Shown in pieces: positions 1 to 11,967 of a stretch of 64,000 nucleotides of DNA (the first letter of the stretch is position 1; each line of letters begins with the position of its first letter). Position numbers and translations under genes: made by a program. The notes under the pieces are model-generated. The model worked only from the letters and a program-made list of their open reading frames with translations. It had not been told where the DNA came from and ran no database searches. The DNA is from Octopus vulgaris (taxonomy: Eukaryota), in assembly GCA_951406725.2 (NCBI GenBank), contig OX597815.1:145390001-145454000 (forward strand), in the 5' to 3' direction.

Positions 1-132
1 CTTTAATGAATACTTGACACAATCCTTAAATGGCAGCCTTGGTTTCTGCTGGGATCTCTTTCCATACACAAGTTCCCGACACTTTATTAAAATGAAGGAT
101 AGCAGGATCCCTAAGTAGATGCTATATGGGGA
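1..132 (-). mobile_element. RTE-clade LINE fragment with an inverted 5' piece
   Basis: Minus 78->1 reads RELVYGKRSQQKPRLPFKDCVKYSLK. Plus 83-132 reads FIKMKDSRIPK*MLYG. Together they give the contiguous RTE post-RT motif (compare RMDDSRVPK*LFYGQL...RPLLRYKDKLK at 21.6 kb). Confidence 0.7.
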
Positions 133-148
133 CATACACACACACACA

Positions 149-216
<68 letters not shown>

Positions 217-263
217 TACATACATACATACATACATACATACATACATACATACATACATAC
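133..263. repeat. (CA)n + (CATA)n microsatellite
   Basis: Directly visible. Confidence 0.98.
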
Positions 264-584
264 GTATCCCAGGCGGCTGATATACTAAATGAACCCACAT
301 CGCAGTAGGAGGCTCAACGAAGAGCAACTTCACCCAACTCGCTACTTTCAAACAGTGCAGAAAATAAAACCAAACATACCGAAAGGTGGTGCTCCAGTAT
401 AGCCTCAGCTTCTGGTTGAAACCAGTCTCTGAAGACAGCCAAAAGAAAAAGAATGTTTTAAGCATGACATGGATCCATTACCGAAAGGCTTTTGACAGTA
501 TTCTCCACATGTGGATAAGGTAACACTAGCCATGATCAAGATAGCACCACCGATAATCAAATCTATAAAACATGTCATGAACAC

Positions 585-900
585 TGTACAACACACCCAA
601 ATGAAAGAGAAGATAAGGAAGGAATACTATAGACTAGTTAGATTAATACTTAATACTCGATGCGGAAAACAAGATAATAGGTATCAATACACTAGTTGTG
701 CTAGTTATAAGTTACTGTTACAATATTCTTAATTGGACACTAAATGAATGAATCAACCTAGACAGGAAAACAAGAAAAATAATGATGGAATTTAGAATAT
801 TCTACCCAAAATTTGACATAGATAGGTCATGTATACAACGAATTGAAGGTGGTAGAGGCTTTATACTACTACAAACTACTATAAAATAATCACCGTAGGA
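585..900 (+). mobile_element. R4/Dong-like non-LTR retrotransposon, RT thumb remnant
   Basis: Reads QHTQMKEKIRKEYYRLVRLILNT / NKIIGINTLVVLVISYCYNILNWTLNE*INLDRKTRKIM...YPKFDIDRSCIQRIEGGRG with a frameshift and a stop; typical of RLE-type R4 elements. Confidence 0.75.
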
Positions 901-1053
901 CCACTAATGAGGCTACAGAAGTGTGATGAAAGAACTTTGGACGAAATACAATTAATATGAAATAAAACTGAAGCAAGTGAATACCAAATATATATATATA
1001 TATAGCTATATATATATATATATATATATATAGTTTCAATACGTAGCGAATAG

Positions 1054-1474
1054 TTCACGAGAAAAATGATCTACGAAAAAATAAGATATTATTGACTCTG
1101 TTATTATCTAGTGTAGACGGGTTGGGGCTGAGGAAAGTGAGTCTATTATGCCAGCCCAGAAACCGGTCCACGTGAGTCCAAATACTTGAATGTATGCTGA
1201 GAGACTGTCTTAGTCCGTTTGCCTTCGGACGGTTGATTTCTGTTGATTTTGGCGATTTGAATAAGAGTTTTGACTGTTATTTTCAGTAGGTAGACATACT
1301 TAGTATTTCCTTTGATTAATTTTAATCATTCAGGTATCTACTGCCTTTTTCTGGGCCTGCAATCGACTATATTATTGATTCTGTTACTATCATTTTAAAA
1401 TTGTTACACTAGATAATAATAGAGTCAATGATATCTTCGCAAATTATCTTTTCGTGAATTATTTTTCTCGTGAA
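1054..1474 (+). mobile_element. Short PLE-type non-coding element with ~60-bp inverted ends and a degenerate hammerhead
   Basis: 1054-1114 is an imperfect reverse complement of 1405-1474. Inside is gtg-tagacg-ggttgg...ccagccc-a-GAAAC-CG-GTC-cac (1111-1171). Follows a (TA)n tract. Confidence 0.55.
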
Positions 1475-1847
1475 TTATTTGCTCCGTATTGAAAGTATTT
1501 CCACACTGGTGGCTGCCATGATTTCGGCGCAAAATGAATCAGTTGCAGCGTAGGGTGTTACTCGAAGAAATCGACCCCAGGACTTATTCTTTGCAAGCCT
1601 AGTACTTATTCTATCAGTCTGAGTTATGGGGTTATGAGGAATGGGTGAATGAATATAACATTGCATGCGTTTTTATCCGTTGGAGACATCCCCCTCCAGA
1701 TCCTCAATGATTACCGCCGCATCCATAAGAAAGAATGCATTCTTTGAGAACGCTGTACATAAGGTTTGAGTTGTGCACAAGACTATGTAGGTCTCTGTTT
1801 TTTTTCATGTTGAAATGAAAACATCTCTAATATTGATTTTAAATTTT

Positions 1848-2238
1848 GGCACAAGGCCAGCAATTTCGAAGGAGGGACTTAAGTTGGTCTGGAACTTATT
1901 CTATCGACCCTGAAAGGATTTAAAGCAGAGTTGACCAGGCTGGAATTTGAAATCAAGGACGTAAAGACGGAAGTGTTTTGCGCGGCGTGGTAACAGTTCT
2001 GCCCGCTCGCTGCTTTTATTTATCTTAAATATTGCCTTCAAATTTTTACCCAACACCTGCAACTTAGGAGGAAGAGGGTAAGTAAATTACATTACTCCAC
2101 CCCGAGTGTTCATCTGGTACGACTCTGAAAGGATGAAAGGCAAAGTTGACATCGGCGGAATTTGAACTCATTGCGCAAAGGCCGGTGAAATGCTGTTAGG
2201 CCCTTTGCCTGGCGCGTTGACGATTCCGCCAGATCGCC
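1848..2238 (-). mobile_element. Two tandem degenerate SINE family B copies (tRNA-derived, Meta-like central domain)
   Basis: Reverse complement of ggcgagctggcagaatcgttagc...gagttcaaattccgccgaggtcgactttgcctttcatcctttcggggtcgataa...ccttgtgcc, which recurs many times in the window. Confidence 0.75.
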
Positions 2239-2249
2239 ATTATACAACA

Positions 2250-2350
2250 TCTACTACTACCGCCACCACCACCACCATCACCACCGCCACCGCCACCGCC
2301 ACCGCCGCTGCCACCACCACCACCACCACCACCACCACCACCACCACTAC
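2250..2350. repeat. (CCA/CCG/CTA)n trinucleotide repeat
   Basis: Directly visible. Confidence 0.95.
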
Positions 2351-3038
2351 TCATTCCATGTCTCAGACTGAAAATAGAAACTAAAACTTGCTGTACGTCT
2401 GTGTTGGTACCTCAATCGGAAGTTTAAAATTAATGTAGAAAGAAAACCTCTCTACCTGCCCCAACCGTAGAAAACATCAATTCAGCACCGCAAAAGAAGA
2501 AAATAAAATTCTTAAAGATAAATAACAAAACTGAATATTGCAAAAAAAAAAAAACCAAAAAAAAAAAACGAAAATAACAACAGCTAAGAAGACTAACAAA
2601 CAGCAGCAACGAAAGAAAATAGAAAATCGTATAAACCAAGAAAAAAGAGGAAAAGTAAAAAAAAAAAAACAAAAACAAAAAAAAACAAACAAAAAACAAC
2701 TAAAACTCTGTCTTTTATCAGTCTCAATAGTGTTGATAGATTTATCAGTTTATGATTTGTGAAAAAACAAGAAAGAAATACTAATTTCAAGTGATTTATG
2801 AAGACATCCGTTATTAAATTCTTTAATAAACTTTTACAAGTTGTTGTTGCTGTTGTTGGTTCACATCATCTAACATTCACTTTGTGGTTCCTGCACTAAG
2901 AAGAGTTAACATGCCGATGCTTATAAACTTGTAGTAGTATACGCATGCGCTTATGCACGTATAACGCAGATTCACCGATATTTACAATACAGCCATGCGC
3001 AGTACTCATCCACAGATACATGCAGGCACGCATCTGGT

Positions 3039-3040
<2 letters not shown>

Positions 3041-3085
<45 letters not shown>

Positions 3086-3195
3086 CTTTCTCTCTCTCTC
3101 TCTATCTGTCAGTCTGTCTGTCTATCTATCTGTTTGTCTGTCTGGCCCTATCCCCCCTCTCTCTCAATCTATCCGTCCGTCTGTCTGCTTATCAA

Positions 3196-3255
<60 letters not shown>

Positions 3256-3516
3256 CTTAATCTCTTTCTTTGTCTGCCTATCTCTCTCTGTCTCTATCTC
3301 TGTCTGCCTCTCTCTCTCATTCTATATATCTATCTATCGCCTCTTCTCTCCCTTTGTCTGTCTGTCGCTGTCTGTCTGCCTGTCAGTCTCTCTGTCCGCA
3401 TGTCTTTTATTTTCTTTTCCTTCTCATCCCCAAAAGAAAAGCTCTACTTTGTATTTTGCCCCCTTTGAGTTCAGCCCTGTGTGGCCAATAAAGAAACATA
3501 TCTATCTATCTATCTT

Positions 3517-3579
<63 letters not shown>

Positions 3580-3627
3580 GCCTGCCTGCCTGCCTGTTAT
3601 TTATCTATATATTCTCTCCCTTTGTTA

Positions 3628-3680
<53 letters not shown>

Positions 3681-3727
3681 TCTATCTATCCATCCATCCA
3701 TCTATCCATCCATCTATCTATCCATCC

Positions 3728-3826
<99 letters not shown>
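3041..3826. repeat. Compound (TC)n/(TCTA)n/(TCTG)n microsatellite
   Basis: Directly visible. Confidence 0.95.
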
Positions 3827-4200
3827 CACCTGTAATTTCATAAGTCGTTGCTTTAAAATAAAAACCGTTTCAATCATTCAAAAATATTTATTCCCTTCTT
3901 GGAGTGTTACTCGAAAACCAAATTTCTCACAACACACAGCTTCAGCTAGAAACTCGTTATATTCGATAAAAATTGAAAAAATAAAAGCTGAACATCGACG
4001 TAAAAGCAGACGTCATCCATTGCAGCTGACGTAAACGATATTCAACTTTAGACATCAGGTATTGGCACGCATTCAAACACTACGGGGCACTGTGGAGAAC
4101 AGCGAAGAATCGATGCGAATAAATTGTTTGTGTATATGAATTTCACCCATGTTTTTCAATACTTAAAACAAAAATTTTCGGATACTGCTTTAAGAGAAAA

Positions 4201-4247
<47 letters not shown>

Positions 4248-4268
4248 CACACACATACACGGACACAG

Positions 4269-4311
<43 letters not shown>

Positions 4312-4645
4312 TACACGGACACAGACATACACACTCACAAACGTACACATGGACACACACACACGCACAAACACACACACAAGCACACACAAACATACAC
4401 ATACACACACACACAAACACATACACACATACACATTCACTGACACAGACATACACACACACACAAACATACACACTGACACACACACATACAAACACAC
4501 ACACACATGGACACGCATACACACAAACACGATACACATACACACAGACACGTACAAACACATACACACGGACACACACACACACGGACACACACACAAA
4601 CACATACAAATGCAAACACACACGGACACAGACAACACACACATA
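4201..4645. repeat. Degenerate (CA)n tract
   Basis: Directly visible. Confidence 0.95.
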
Positions 4646-5080
4646 TGAAGTGAGACAGAGTGAGGGAGAAAGAGCGGGGTGGAGTTTAACAGATTTATAT
4701 GCACACACACACATAACAAATGGATATGACAAGTCAAAAGATGAACATACAAACGTAGCATACATTTAATATTGGTTACAACTGATTCAGTACCTCCTCG
4801 CTTCAAACCACATGGAGTATAGTTGATTATAGCGCGATAAATTACACAGGTGCTGTATCACTTTATCCGTAGCTGAATAGTGTGGAGTGCCTCCCCATCA
4901 GGCACTTGCCAAACTTTATTATTTATGCTATCATACATCCATGCATGTATACATACGTACATACACACACATACATACATATATGTATATAATATCTCTC
5001 TATATATACATGTGTCACTTTCAGAATTATATATTCCGATCAAGAGTTTAGCAGCGCAATCTCTAACCGAGCAGTTACTC

Positions 5081-5121
5081 TGTGCTGACGAAGTGAAATA
5101 ACTCAGAAACCGCGGTACGCA
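5081..5121 (+). ncRNA. Minimal type I hammerhead ribozyme motif
   Basis: tgtg-CTGACGA-agt gaaata act ca-GAAAC-cgcg-GTA-cgca. Stem I tgtg/cgca; palindromic stem-loop III ACCGCGGT. Confidence 0.7.
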
Positions 5122-5334
5122 CGTATTGCTTTGTGCTGATTGGTGATGCTAAAGGACACAGATAGTATGTCGTATAGCCAGCTGGAGACGATGTTTCCTA
5201 GGGTTATATAACAGTAACATTCATCCTAACCAGGACTGCCACATTATGTTGGCAAATAATCATTACTCTCTCTATATATATGTGTGTGTGTGTATAAATA
5301 TGTACACACACATATATATAAATATATATATATT

Positions 5335-5395
<61 letters not shown>

Positions 5396-5397
<2 letters not shown>

Positions 5398-6005
5398 AGA
5401 GTTCACGAAAAAAACAACAAAAGACGAAGACAGGTGGTGTAGAAAACAAACAGATGTATTAGTATAACGCTCAGGAATTGAAAAAGTCTTTTGCGTTTCG
5501 AGCCTACGCTCTTCTACAGAAAGGGACACAGAAAGAAACAAGGAGAGAAAAAAAATGTGTGTAGTGGCTACCGATCTATCATGGCGACTGCCGGACAGAA
5601 GGGTCACACAGGCGATCGAAGAAGTAGGGGAGATAGCAAAGTAAAGATGACCCCCAAAACGAAGGTGTGTATGTGTATAAGAGAGTACGTATGTGCGTGT
5701 GAAAGAGGTTCTGGTGGTCTTGACGTGTGCGTGTGTGTATGTGTAGGTGTGAAATGTGGGGATGGGAATTGGTCAGTGCTGGTATGTGGGTGGTGTGTTG
5801 TGATGTGTAGTGTGGTATGGTGTAGTGTGGTGTGGTGTGATGTTGTTTGGAGGTGGGGGAGGCGAGAGTGGGGAAGCACAGGTGGGGTGTGGGTTAGGCT
5901 GAGGGTTGGGGTATGTGGGTAGGCAGAGGGTAGGGGTAGAGGTGGGGTTTGTGGGTAGGCAGAGGTTGGGGGTAGAGGTGGGGTGTGTGGGAGAGGGTAG
6001 CGTAG
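5396..6005 (-). mobile_element. Dispersed PLE-type repeat, family E (hammerhead-like core, GT/G-rich body)
   Basis: Homologous to 35181-35330 and 41010-41710. All start at or near a simple repeat and contain cgtttcgagcctacgctcttc. Confidence 0.7.
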
Positions 6006-6131
6006 CCATGATGTACTAATGATTTGATGAGCTAACTTCCTTTATCGGGACCGTTTTGTAAGTATACAATTTTGTTGTATAATGCATAGCATGCATATTA
6101 GCGCAGGCATGTAAACAATTTATTATACATG

Positions 6132-6300
6132 CCCCCCCATCATCGCTTGACAACCGATGTTGGTGTGTTTACCTCCCTGTAACTTCGCGGTTCGGCCAAA
6201 GAGACCGATGAAATAAGTATTAGGCTTGTTCGACTAAAGGCGGTGCTCCAGCATGGCCGCAGTCAAATGGCTGAAACAAGTAAAAGAAGATAAGAACAAA
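6132..6300 (+). mobile_element. SINE family A, 3' half
   Basis: catcgcttgacaaccgatg...taaaggcggtgctccagcatggccgcagtcaaat...aacaagtaaaag. Confidence 0.85.
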
Positions 6301-7278
6301 AGAATAATATATATTATAGTTTGTGCATGAAACACAAAAATGTATTTATATATACATGAAAAACGAGGGAAAGCAAAATATGGTGACCCCCCATACACTT
6401 GCTAGCTTCCGGTATACGGAGATTTTAACTGGTTGCACTTGCATGAGCAAGTTGTTTGCAAGACATAAAAAAAAATTGATATTTATATTAATAGATCCAA
6501 ATGACACAGAATAGAAACGACAGACAAAATTAAATGGGTGGGGGGCGCGTCTTATCCTTTGTTGATTATATCCATTATAACCGCATATCGAAATGAATTA
6601 CATCTACCAACATTATAATGGATCTCCAAACCCACAGAAACAGCTGTTGAATTTGTAACACCTTTCTTTCACCCCTTTGATTTTCTATGTCGTTTGAACT
6701 CTGTGTAAGTTGGAGCTATTAATATAAATAAATATCAGTATATCTATACTTAAAGTCTCCACACTTTTGCTTTCTCTCGTTTTTCACATATATTTATGTA
6801 CATATTTTGTGCTTCATGCCCTAACTAATATCTTATATTTAATATATCTGATGTGTTTCTCTGCATAATTGCCTCTGCATCCACTCAATTTCGTCCCTCT
6901 TACAGCCACTCTTTACTCTGTGAAATCAATCCCCTGTAAAGACTTCGGAGGCTCAGTTTGAATTTTTTTTACTACTGATGTCTTCTATTCAGAGAATCCC
7001 TGGATCTCATGTGTGGACTATATAAATATATATATATATATATGTATGTATATATTGTGTAAGATATGTTAGAGGTAATGTAACCATCTAAGGGATAGAT
7101 GTATCCAAAGGCAATCCTAGTGCATTGCCCCAGAATGTATGGTCCTTTACATAAGGTATACGGTAGTAGGTAATTTAAAAGGTAAAACCGTGGTTTAATA
7201 TATATAAAGAAAGATATGAAATGGAGCAATAATAACAGTTATAAGTAGATCATTGGTGTTTTAAAGTCATTCTCTCTC

Positions 7279-7331
<53 letters not shown>

Positions 7332-7334
<3 letters not shown>

Positions 7335-7530
7335 GGATTAAACACATAAATGGGAAACAAGGTGGAAAAAAGAGTACTCAAATACCAGTGGTAGAGTAAT
7401 ATGCTTTATTTAAAGCAGCAGAAAATTCAACAAAATCTGTTACTCTGAGTTTCTCGTTGCCGTTCATCAGACAGTTTTTGCTAGCAAAAACTGTCTGATG
7501 AACTGTCTGATGAACGGCTTTAAATAAAGT
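7332..7530 (-). mobile_element. PLE-type terminal repeat, family F, with hammerhead and fold-back end
   Basis: Homologous to 17732-17900 and 36513-36690. Flanked by (TA)n. Perfect 42-bp palindrome at 7462-7503. Confidence 0.8.
7437..7474 (-). ncRNA. Type I hammerhead ribozyme motif
   Basis: ctgt-CTGATGA-acg gcaa cga-GAAAC-tcaga-GTA-acag. Confidence 0.75.
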
Positions 7531-8436
7531 ATATATATATATATATATATCCGTTAAGTTCCTGTATTGGGAGCGTTTTGAATATGCATTTAAAAGCTCT
7601 TATTTTATTCTACCGGTTACAACCCAAAGATGCCAACTGATGATACCAGTTGTTTGCGGTCACAGTCAGCTGTGTCGATATAATGTGCGATAAATACAGT
7701 AATAAGAATAATGATCCTTGGATGGAATTTATGCATACATGCACACGCATATAGGGCAACAAAACTGACATAAACTAGAAACACCTAAATAAGTTTAACT
7801 CTAAGAATTAGAATTTTAATGCTAGATGAGTTAGTACCAGAACACAAGATACAAAATGTTCACAATAAATAAGCACTGAAAATGTATGCATCCATTATCA
7901 ACAACGATCTAACAGATATCATTACGGTTTCGACACAGGGGCAGTACCAGTCAACTCTGTGACGTCGATAGCGTTAAAGACAATTTATAACATATATAAA
8001 ACACGAAAACATAATTAGAACGAACTAAACATACTGACCTAGCGGAATTACATATCGTTTTAAAGCTTCAATCATCTTAGAGCAACACGACTTGGGAATA
8101 AGCCAATGTAGACCAAAATCTATTAAATATATACATCAAATGTGGAAGATATATTTAATCAAAAATTTTTATGTAAAAGAAAATAGATAACATGAAATTA
8201 ACTAAAAACCGACATCGTAATGAGAATATTCACAAACGAACTTAAAACATGAAAACATAATTAAAACGAACTAAATCTGAACCAGCGGAATGGCATATCA
8301 TTTTAACTCTCAAACAAACATCAGTCGCTTACGACATGGGAATAAAACAACGTAGGTCCGTAACTATTGAATATAAACTTTAATAATGGAATTTATATTT
8401 AAACCAATATATCCAAAAAAAAAACGTATGTACGTA

Positions 8437-8576
8437 GGCGTAGTAGTGGCTGTGTGGTAAGTAGCTTGTTTTGAGTATTGCGTGGCACCTTAGGCAAGAG
8501 TTTCTAGTATAGCCTCGGGTCGACCGAAGCTTTGTGAATAGATTTGATAGACGGAAACTGAAAGAAGCCCATCGTA
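8437..8576 (+). mobile_element. SINE family A, 5' part (tRNA head + CORE-like domain)
   Basis: ggcgtagtagtggctgtgtggtaagtagctt...ggcaccttaggcaagag...gacggaaactgaaagaagccc. Confidence 0.8.
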
Positions 8577-9399
8577 TATATATATATATATATAAATAAA
8601 TTAATAAATAAATAAAATATATGCATATATACATACATATATGTACGTACCTACCTCTACATGTATATATACATGCATATATGGGTACAGAACACCAAAA
8701 AAATGTCGAACACAATGAGAAACGAAAACATAAACACAAAACCAAGGAAATGGACATTTTTTTAAAACAACGAAAAAATAGAGTATAGGACATACAAAAC
8801 AAGGAAAATTCGCCTTAATTTCATCTACTCCACGTTTCGAAGGTCAAGGCGATACATGTCTTCAATGAAATTTTCCTTCCCGCGAAAATCAAATTAAATA
8901 AAATTTGAGATTTTTTTTCGGAGGGGTAAAAATGGTAACAAAAACAGGATAGTAACGACAGTACAAAATATAAACAGTAAAAGACAGGACACGGAGAATA
9001 GCAGTAGCACAAACAAGAAGGGCTGTTAAGCCAAACGAGATAAAAAATTTTTACGAACGCTATTGTTTGAGACGCGAGAGAGAACAGATTAACGTCTCTA
9101 CTTGACGGAGTCCAAGAAAGAAAAGACAGAAATAGCCGTCTCATCACGTGACCGCGACGGGAGGGAGGAGGAGGAGTAAGAGAAGGGGAGAGAAAAGAAG
9201 GGGAATGTTGGTAGAGAAAAAGAAAAGAATGAAGAATGAGAGAGAGAGGGAGAGAGAGACATAAGTGGAAGAAAAGGAAAACCCAAATAATGAAGGCTGA
9301 GAAAGGGAGGGGAGAGAAAGGTTAAGAGTGCGCATTAATTGATATTAAGAACAATCTTACTCAGAAAGGGATGCGGGTATACATATATGTGTGTGTGTA

Positions 9400-9625
9400 T
9401 CTTTGTTTGTGTGTCTGTGTTTGTCCCCCCCAACATCGCTTGACAACCGATGGTGGTGTGTTTATGTCCCCGTAACTTAGCGGTTCAGCAAAAGAGGCGA
9501 TATAATAAGTACTTGGCATCCAAAGAATAAATCACGGGGTCGATTTGCTCGACCAAATGTGGTGCTCCAGTATAGCCACAGTCAAATGATTGAAACAAGT
9601 AAAAGAGTAAACGAGTAAAGAGTGT
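9400..9625 (+). mobile_element. SINE family A, 3' half
   Basis: Matches the full copy at 40585-41002. Confidence 0.85.
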
Positions 9626-9852
9626 ATATATATATATATATATATATATGAAAGGTTATATCATTAATATATATATATATATGAACGGTTATATCATTAC
9701 TATTATGTTAAGCTGTCGTATGTCCAAATTTGACCAAATTCCGTTTTTTCAATATTCATTTCTGCTTGCAATAGCCGAAGGTCGCACAATGTCAGGCCAT
9801 TTTGCAATAGCAGTGTAAAAGAGATGAAAGAGGCTGTGGTATACGAAGTGAG

Positions 9853-11180
9853 AAAGGAGGAAGAAGAAAGGCGAAATGTACATTTGGTGCAATGTAGTCA
9901 TCAGGGATAGTGCCTGAGATGGGAGGAATATGTGATCACCCACAGAATATCATGGAAGGAACTTTGGGCTTGGAAACAAGCAAGAACATTCTTCCTGATC
10001 AAGTCTACCTTTGACGTTCTACCATCACTGGCGAACTTAGTCCGGTGGAACATAAAAACAACCGATGAGTGTCTATGCGGAGAGAAAGCGACGGTTAGAC
10101 ATGTTCTGTCAAACTGCAGACTAGCATTAGAAAGGTATACATGGCGTCATAATCAAGTCCTTGGCATCATAAGCGCAGCACTCAAAGGAGAAGATTGAGA
10201 GGTACGATAGGGGAAAGTACCCAAAAGTGGAAAAGCGCTGGAAAGTATACTTCCAGAAGGAGGGAAAAGGATATAAAACCAGGCCTACAAATAAAATATA
10301 CGAGATAGACGAAAGATGGAAGGGCCACGGATTTCGAGGTGGCCACGGATTTCGAGGTGGCCACGGATTTCGAAAGACAAGTAATATTTCCACTAATAAA
10401 AACGACAAAAAGATCATATTTAGTCCTATTTGACAGAGAACGGAGAATAGGAATTTTGCTAGAACTGACAGTGCCATGGGAAGAGAACATCGGCAATGCA
10501 GAGAAACGAAAAGAGAAGAGGTACGAAAAACTAATCGAAGAGTGCAGAGAACAGGGATGGAATGTCGAGTATTACCACCTGGCAGTGGGGGATAGGGGCT
10601 TCATTGAAAGAAAAATGACAACGTTATTCAAAAGAAGATTTGTTTTGTTTTAGCTCGGAGCTGCGAAAACTAATGAGAGTACAGGAGGCGGTCAAAAAAG
10701 CCAGCTTCTATATATGGCTGAAGCGGGAAGACCAAAAATGGCTTGAAAGTCATAACATGCCGGCGGAAATTAACATCACTAGGTGAGACAATCTGACACT
10801 GAATCAGCTTCGCTGACTGACAGCTGACGCTCGTTTAGAAAATGCGTGTGCTAAGACTACGCGCCTTCATTGGTCAGTTAGAGTTGAGACAGTGTCACGT
10901 GACAACTTGCTGCAAAAAAAATTAACAAGGCAGTCAGTCGCCCACTGACACTCGTTGAAGCTACATCGAAAAGGCCAGGGAACAAAAGAGAGAAGAAAGA
11001 AGACATGAACCCAACACCAAAGCTGAAGACACCTCCAAAAAAGGAGGCCCCGCCACGTCAAACGGTAGAGGAGTAGGGTCCGAAACCGGACGTGGTTCCT
11101 CCTGACAATGTCTTGAGTTAACTGGATCCTATAAAGGAGCTGTTGTGGTAGCAGACCACGAAACATGGTTGAAATTCCTG
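9853..11180 (+). mobile_element. HERO-clade (RLE) non-LTR retrotransposon 3' fragment with probable 3' UTR
   Basis: RISWKELW...FLIKSTFDVLPSLANLVRW; zinc knuckle CLCGEKATVRHVLSNC...RYTWRHNQVL; RLE LELTVPWEEN...KEKRY...LAVGDRGF; terminal ASFYIWLKRED. Contains frameshifts. Confidence 0.85.
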
Positions 11181-11337
11181 TCGTATCTCCAGCTGCTTCT
11201 GATGCAAAGGTATCAAAAGTCGTCAAAGTGAGTGTAGTACAGCGGTTTTGCTATGGAATTGTGAAACTATTTTTTCTTTTTGTGAAAAAGCAACATTTTG
11301 GACTTACGATACTTTTGCATGATAGCAACGATATATA

Positions 11338-11367
11338 TCTCTCTATATATATAAAACTGAGAATGTG

Positions 11368-11414
<47 letters not shown>

Positions 11415-11760
11415 GTGTTTCCTTAAAACTTGATAACTACGCAACCAATTTCATTCAAATTTCGCACATGCCTTACTTAGGGTCTGGGGAGTGTCATCGG
11501 CAAAAAAAAAATTTTGAACTTTTTGCCTAGGGCGAGCCCACAGTAATATCATATTCTCCACTCTGATTCCCTAAAACTTAAGAACTACAGAACTAGTTTC
11601 ATTCAAATTTTACACATGCCTTACTTAGGGTCCATGTAGTATCATGGGTAAAAAAAATGTTTAACTTCTTGCCTAGAGCGAGCCCACAGCAGTATCATAT
11701 CTTCTCCACTATTTCAGTATTACGTGTTAAAAGTGAAACAAAAACATCTCTCTATTGTAT
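11338..11760 (+). mobile_element. Non-autonomous Helitron-like 5' portion with ~145-bp internal tandem duplication
   Basis: Starts TC(TC)TATATATATAAAACTGAGAATG followed by (GTCT)n. 11420-11562 is repeated at 11569-11711. Confidence 0.55.
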
Positions 11761-11785
11761 GTATATGGATGTATATATATATATA

Positions 11786-11907
11786 TCACCGTGATCACCG
11801 TGACCGACCAGACTATCAGATGTTGCTACACATCGCTGGTCACAATGCGCTTCGCATTGTTTTAGCCTTCAAATGACGCCACCCCGCTGGCTAAGCGAGC
11901 AGGCCAG
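11786..11907 (-). mobile_element. SINE family D, 3' fragment
   Basis: tcaccgtgatcaccgtgaccgaccag...gctaagcgagcaggcca, shared with 29203-29500 and 41812-41975. Confidence 0.8.
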
Positions 11908-11922
11908 TATACATATATATGC

Positions 11923-11967
<45 letters not shown>

